A stretch of DNA of 64,000 nucleotides from Auanema rhodensis (Eukaryota; Animalia; Nematoda). The notes beneath the pieces were generated by a model. The model was given only the letters and a program-made list of their open reading frames with translations. It ran no database searches and was not told the origin of the DNA. The translations under genes and the position numbers were made by a program. How positions within the stretch are numbered: position 1 is the stretch's first letter; each line of letters opens with the position of its first letter. The stretch is taken from NCBI GenBank assembly GCA_964057225.1, contig OZ059895.1, positions 18,228,001 to 18,292,000 on the forward strand, given 5' to 3'. Below, piece after piece: positions 62,614 to 64,000 of the stretch.

Positions 62614-64000
62614 AGGTAAAACCAAGTGCATTATGACGCTTGAAGCATTTTCCAATGTCGTCATTTTCTACATTTTCAAAACAAAAAAGATTTCTGGAGA
62701 TATGGGGAATTGAACCCCAGCCCTCTCCCATGCGAAGGGAGCGCTCTACCTTTGAGCTATATCCCCACACATGTACGTGTTTCAAGTTCTTTATTCAAAC
62801 CTACAGTACTTCGAGACTATAAATGAAAAATTGGAGGTAAAACCAAGTGCATTATGACGCTTGAAGCATTTTCCAATGTCGTCATTTTCTACATTTTCAA
62901 AACAAAAAAGATTTCTGGAGATATGGGGAATTGAACCCCAGCCCTCTCCCATGCTAAGGGAGCGCTCTACCACTGAGCTATATCCCCACACATGTACGTG
63001 TTTCCAGTTCTTTATTGAAACCTACAGTACTTCGAGACTATAAATGAAATATTGGAGGTAAAACTAAGTGCTGTCTACGTTGTTTCAATTGAAAATCAAT
63101 GGGATACTTTCTGTATTATGACGCTTGAAGCATTTTCCAATGTGGTAGTCTTCTACATTTTCAAAACAAAAAGGATTTCTGGAGATATGGGGAATTGAAC
63201 CCCAGCCCTCTCCCATGCGAAGGGAGCGCTCTACCTTTGAGCTATATCCCCACACATGTACGTGTTTCAAGTTCTTTATTCAAACCTACAGTACTTCGAG
63301 ACTATAAATGAAAAATTGGAGGTAAAACCAAGTGCATTATGACGCTTGAAGCATTTTCCAATGTCGTCATTTTCTACATTTTCAAAACAAAAAAGATTTC
63401 TGGAGATATGGGGAATTGAACCCCAGCCCTCTCCCATGCTAAGGGAGCGCTCTACCACTGAGCTATATCCCCACACATGTACGTGTTTCCAGTTCTTTAT
63501 TGAAACCTACAGTACTTCGAGACTATAAATGAAATATTGGAGGTAAAACTAAGTGCTGTCTACGTTGTTTCAATTGAAAATCAATGGGATACTTTCTGTA
63601 TTATGACGCTTGAAGCATTTTCCAATGTGGTAGTCTTCTACATTTTCAAAACAAAAAAGATTTCTGGAGATATGGGGAATTGAACCCCAGCCCTCTCCCA
63701 TGCTAAGGGAGCGCTCTACCACTGAGCTATATCCCCACACATGTACGTGTTTCCAGTTCTTTATTGAAACCTACAGTACTTCGAGACTATAAATGAAATA
63801 TTGGAGGTAAAACCAAGTGCTGTCTACGTTGTTTCAATTGAAAATCAATGGGATACTTTCTGTATTATGACTCTTGAAGCATTTCTTAATGTCATTATCT
63901 TCTACATTTTCAAAACAAAAAGGATTTCTGGAGATATGGGGAATTGAACCCCAGCCCTCTCCCATGCGAAGGGAGCGCTCTACCACTGAGCTATATCCCC
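62614..64000 (-). repeat. tRNA-Ala tandem array, block 4 (6 tRNA genes; mixed 221-bp and 264-bp units; 3 are CGC)
   Basis: tRNAs begin at plus-strand positions 62695, 62916, 63180, 63401, 63665 and 63929. The short units lack 43 bp of spacer. Confidence 0.95.

Noticed and set aside
140-63528. Hundreds of repeated 60-104 aa ORFs (MKHV..., MKHF..., MYVF...)
   Set aside because: They are overlapping frames across the tRNA gene on both strands, mostly with non-ATG starts, and are repeated only because the unit is repeated.

Overview
Eukaryotic DNA, probably from an AT-rich nematode (inferred from the tRNA-Ala sequence). About 53 of the 64 kb is a head-to-tail 264-bp tandem array. Each unit carries one minus-strand, intronless tRNA-Ala gene with a Pol III T-tract terminator. 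By spacing I count about 200 complete copies plus one partial; about 167 have anticodon AGC and about 33 have CGC. Three 3.5-4 kb LTR retroelements interrupt the array: 25967-29500 (+), about 34090-38127 (+) and 58984-62613 (-). None has a recognisable pol, so all appear non-autonomous. They share a tRNA-Gln primer-binding site directly abutting the LTR and non-canonical (T/C)GTTCC...GGAACG termini. Two have 4-bp TSDs. All three inserted 50-72 nt upstream of a tRNA-Ala gene, two of them within 1 bp of the same unit position in opposite orientations. The best candidate for a new system is therefore a tRNA-gene-targeted Ty3/gypsy-like LTR family in an animal. Its other unusual traits are a leader RNA with compensatory base changes, a Gag that runs into a signal-peptide-like segment, and an orphan 200-aa accessory ORF. 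The hundreds of 60-68 aa ORFs in the track are artefacts of the repeat. All counts and alignments were done by eye.
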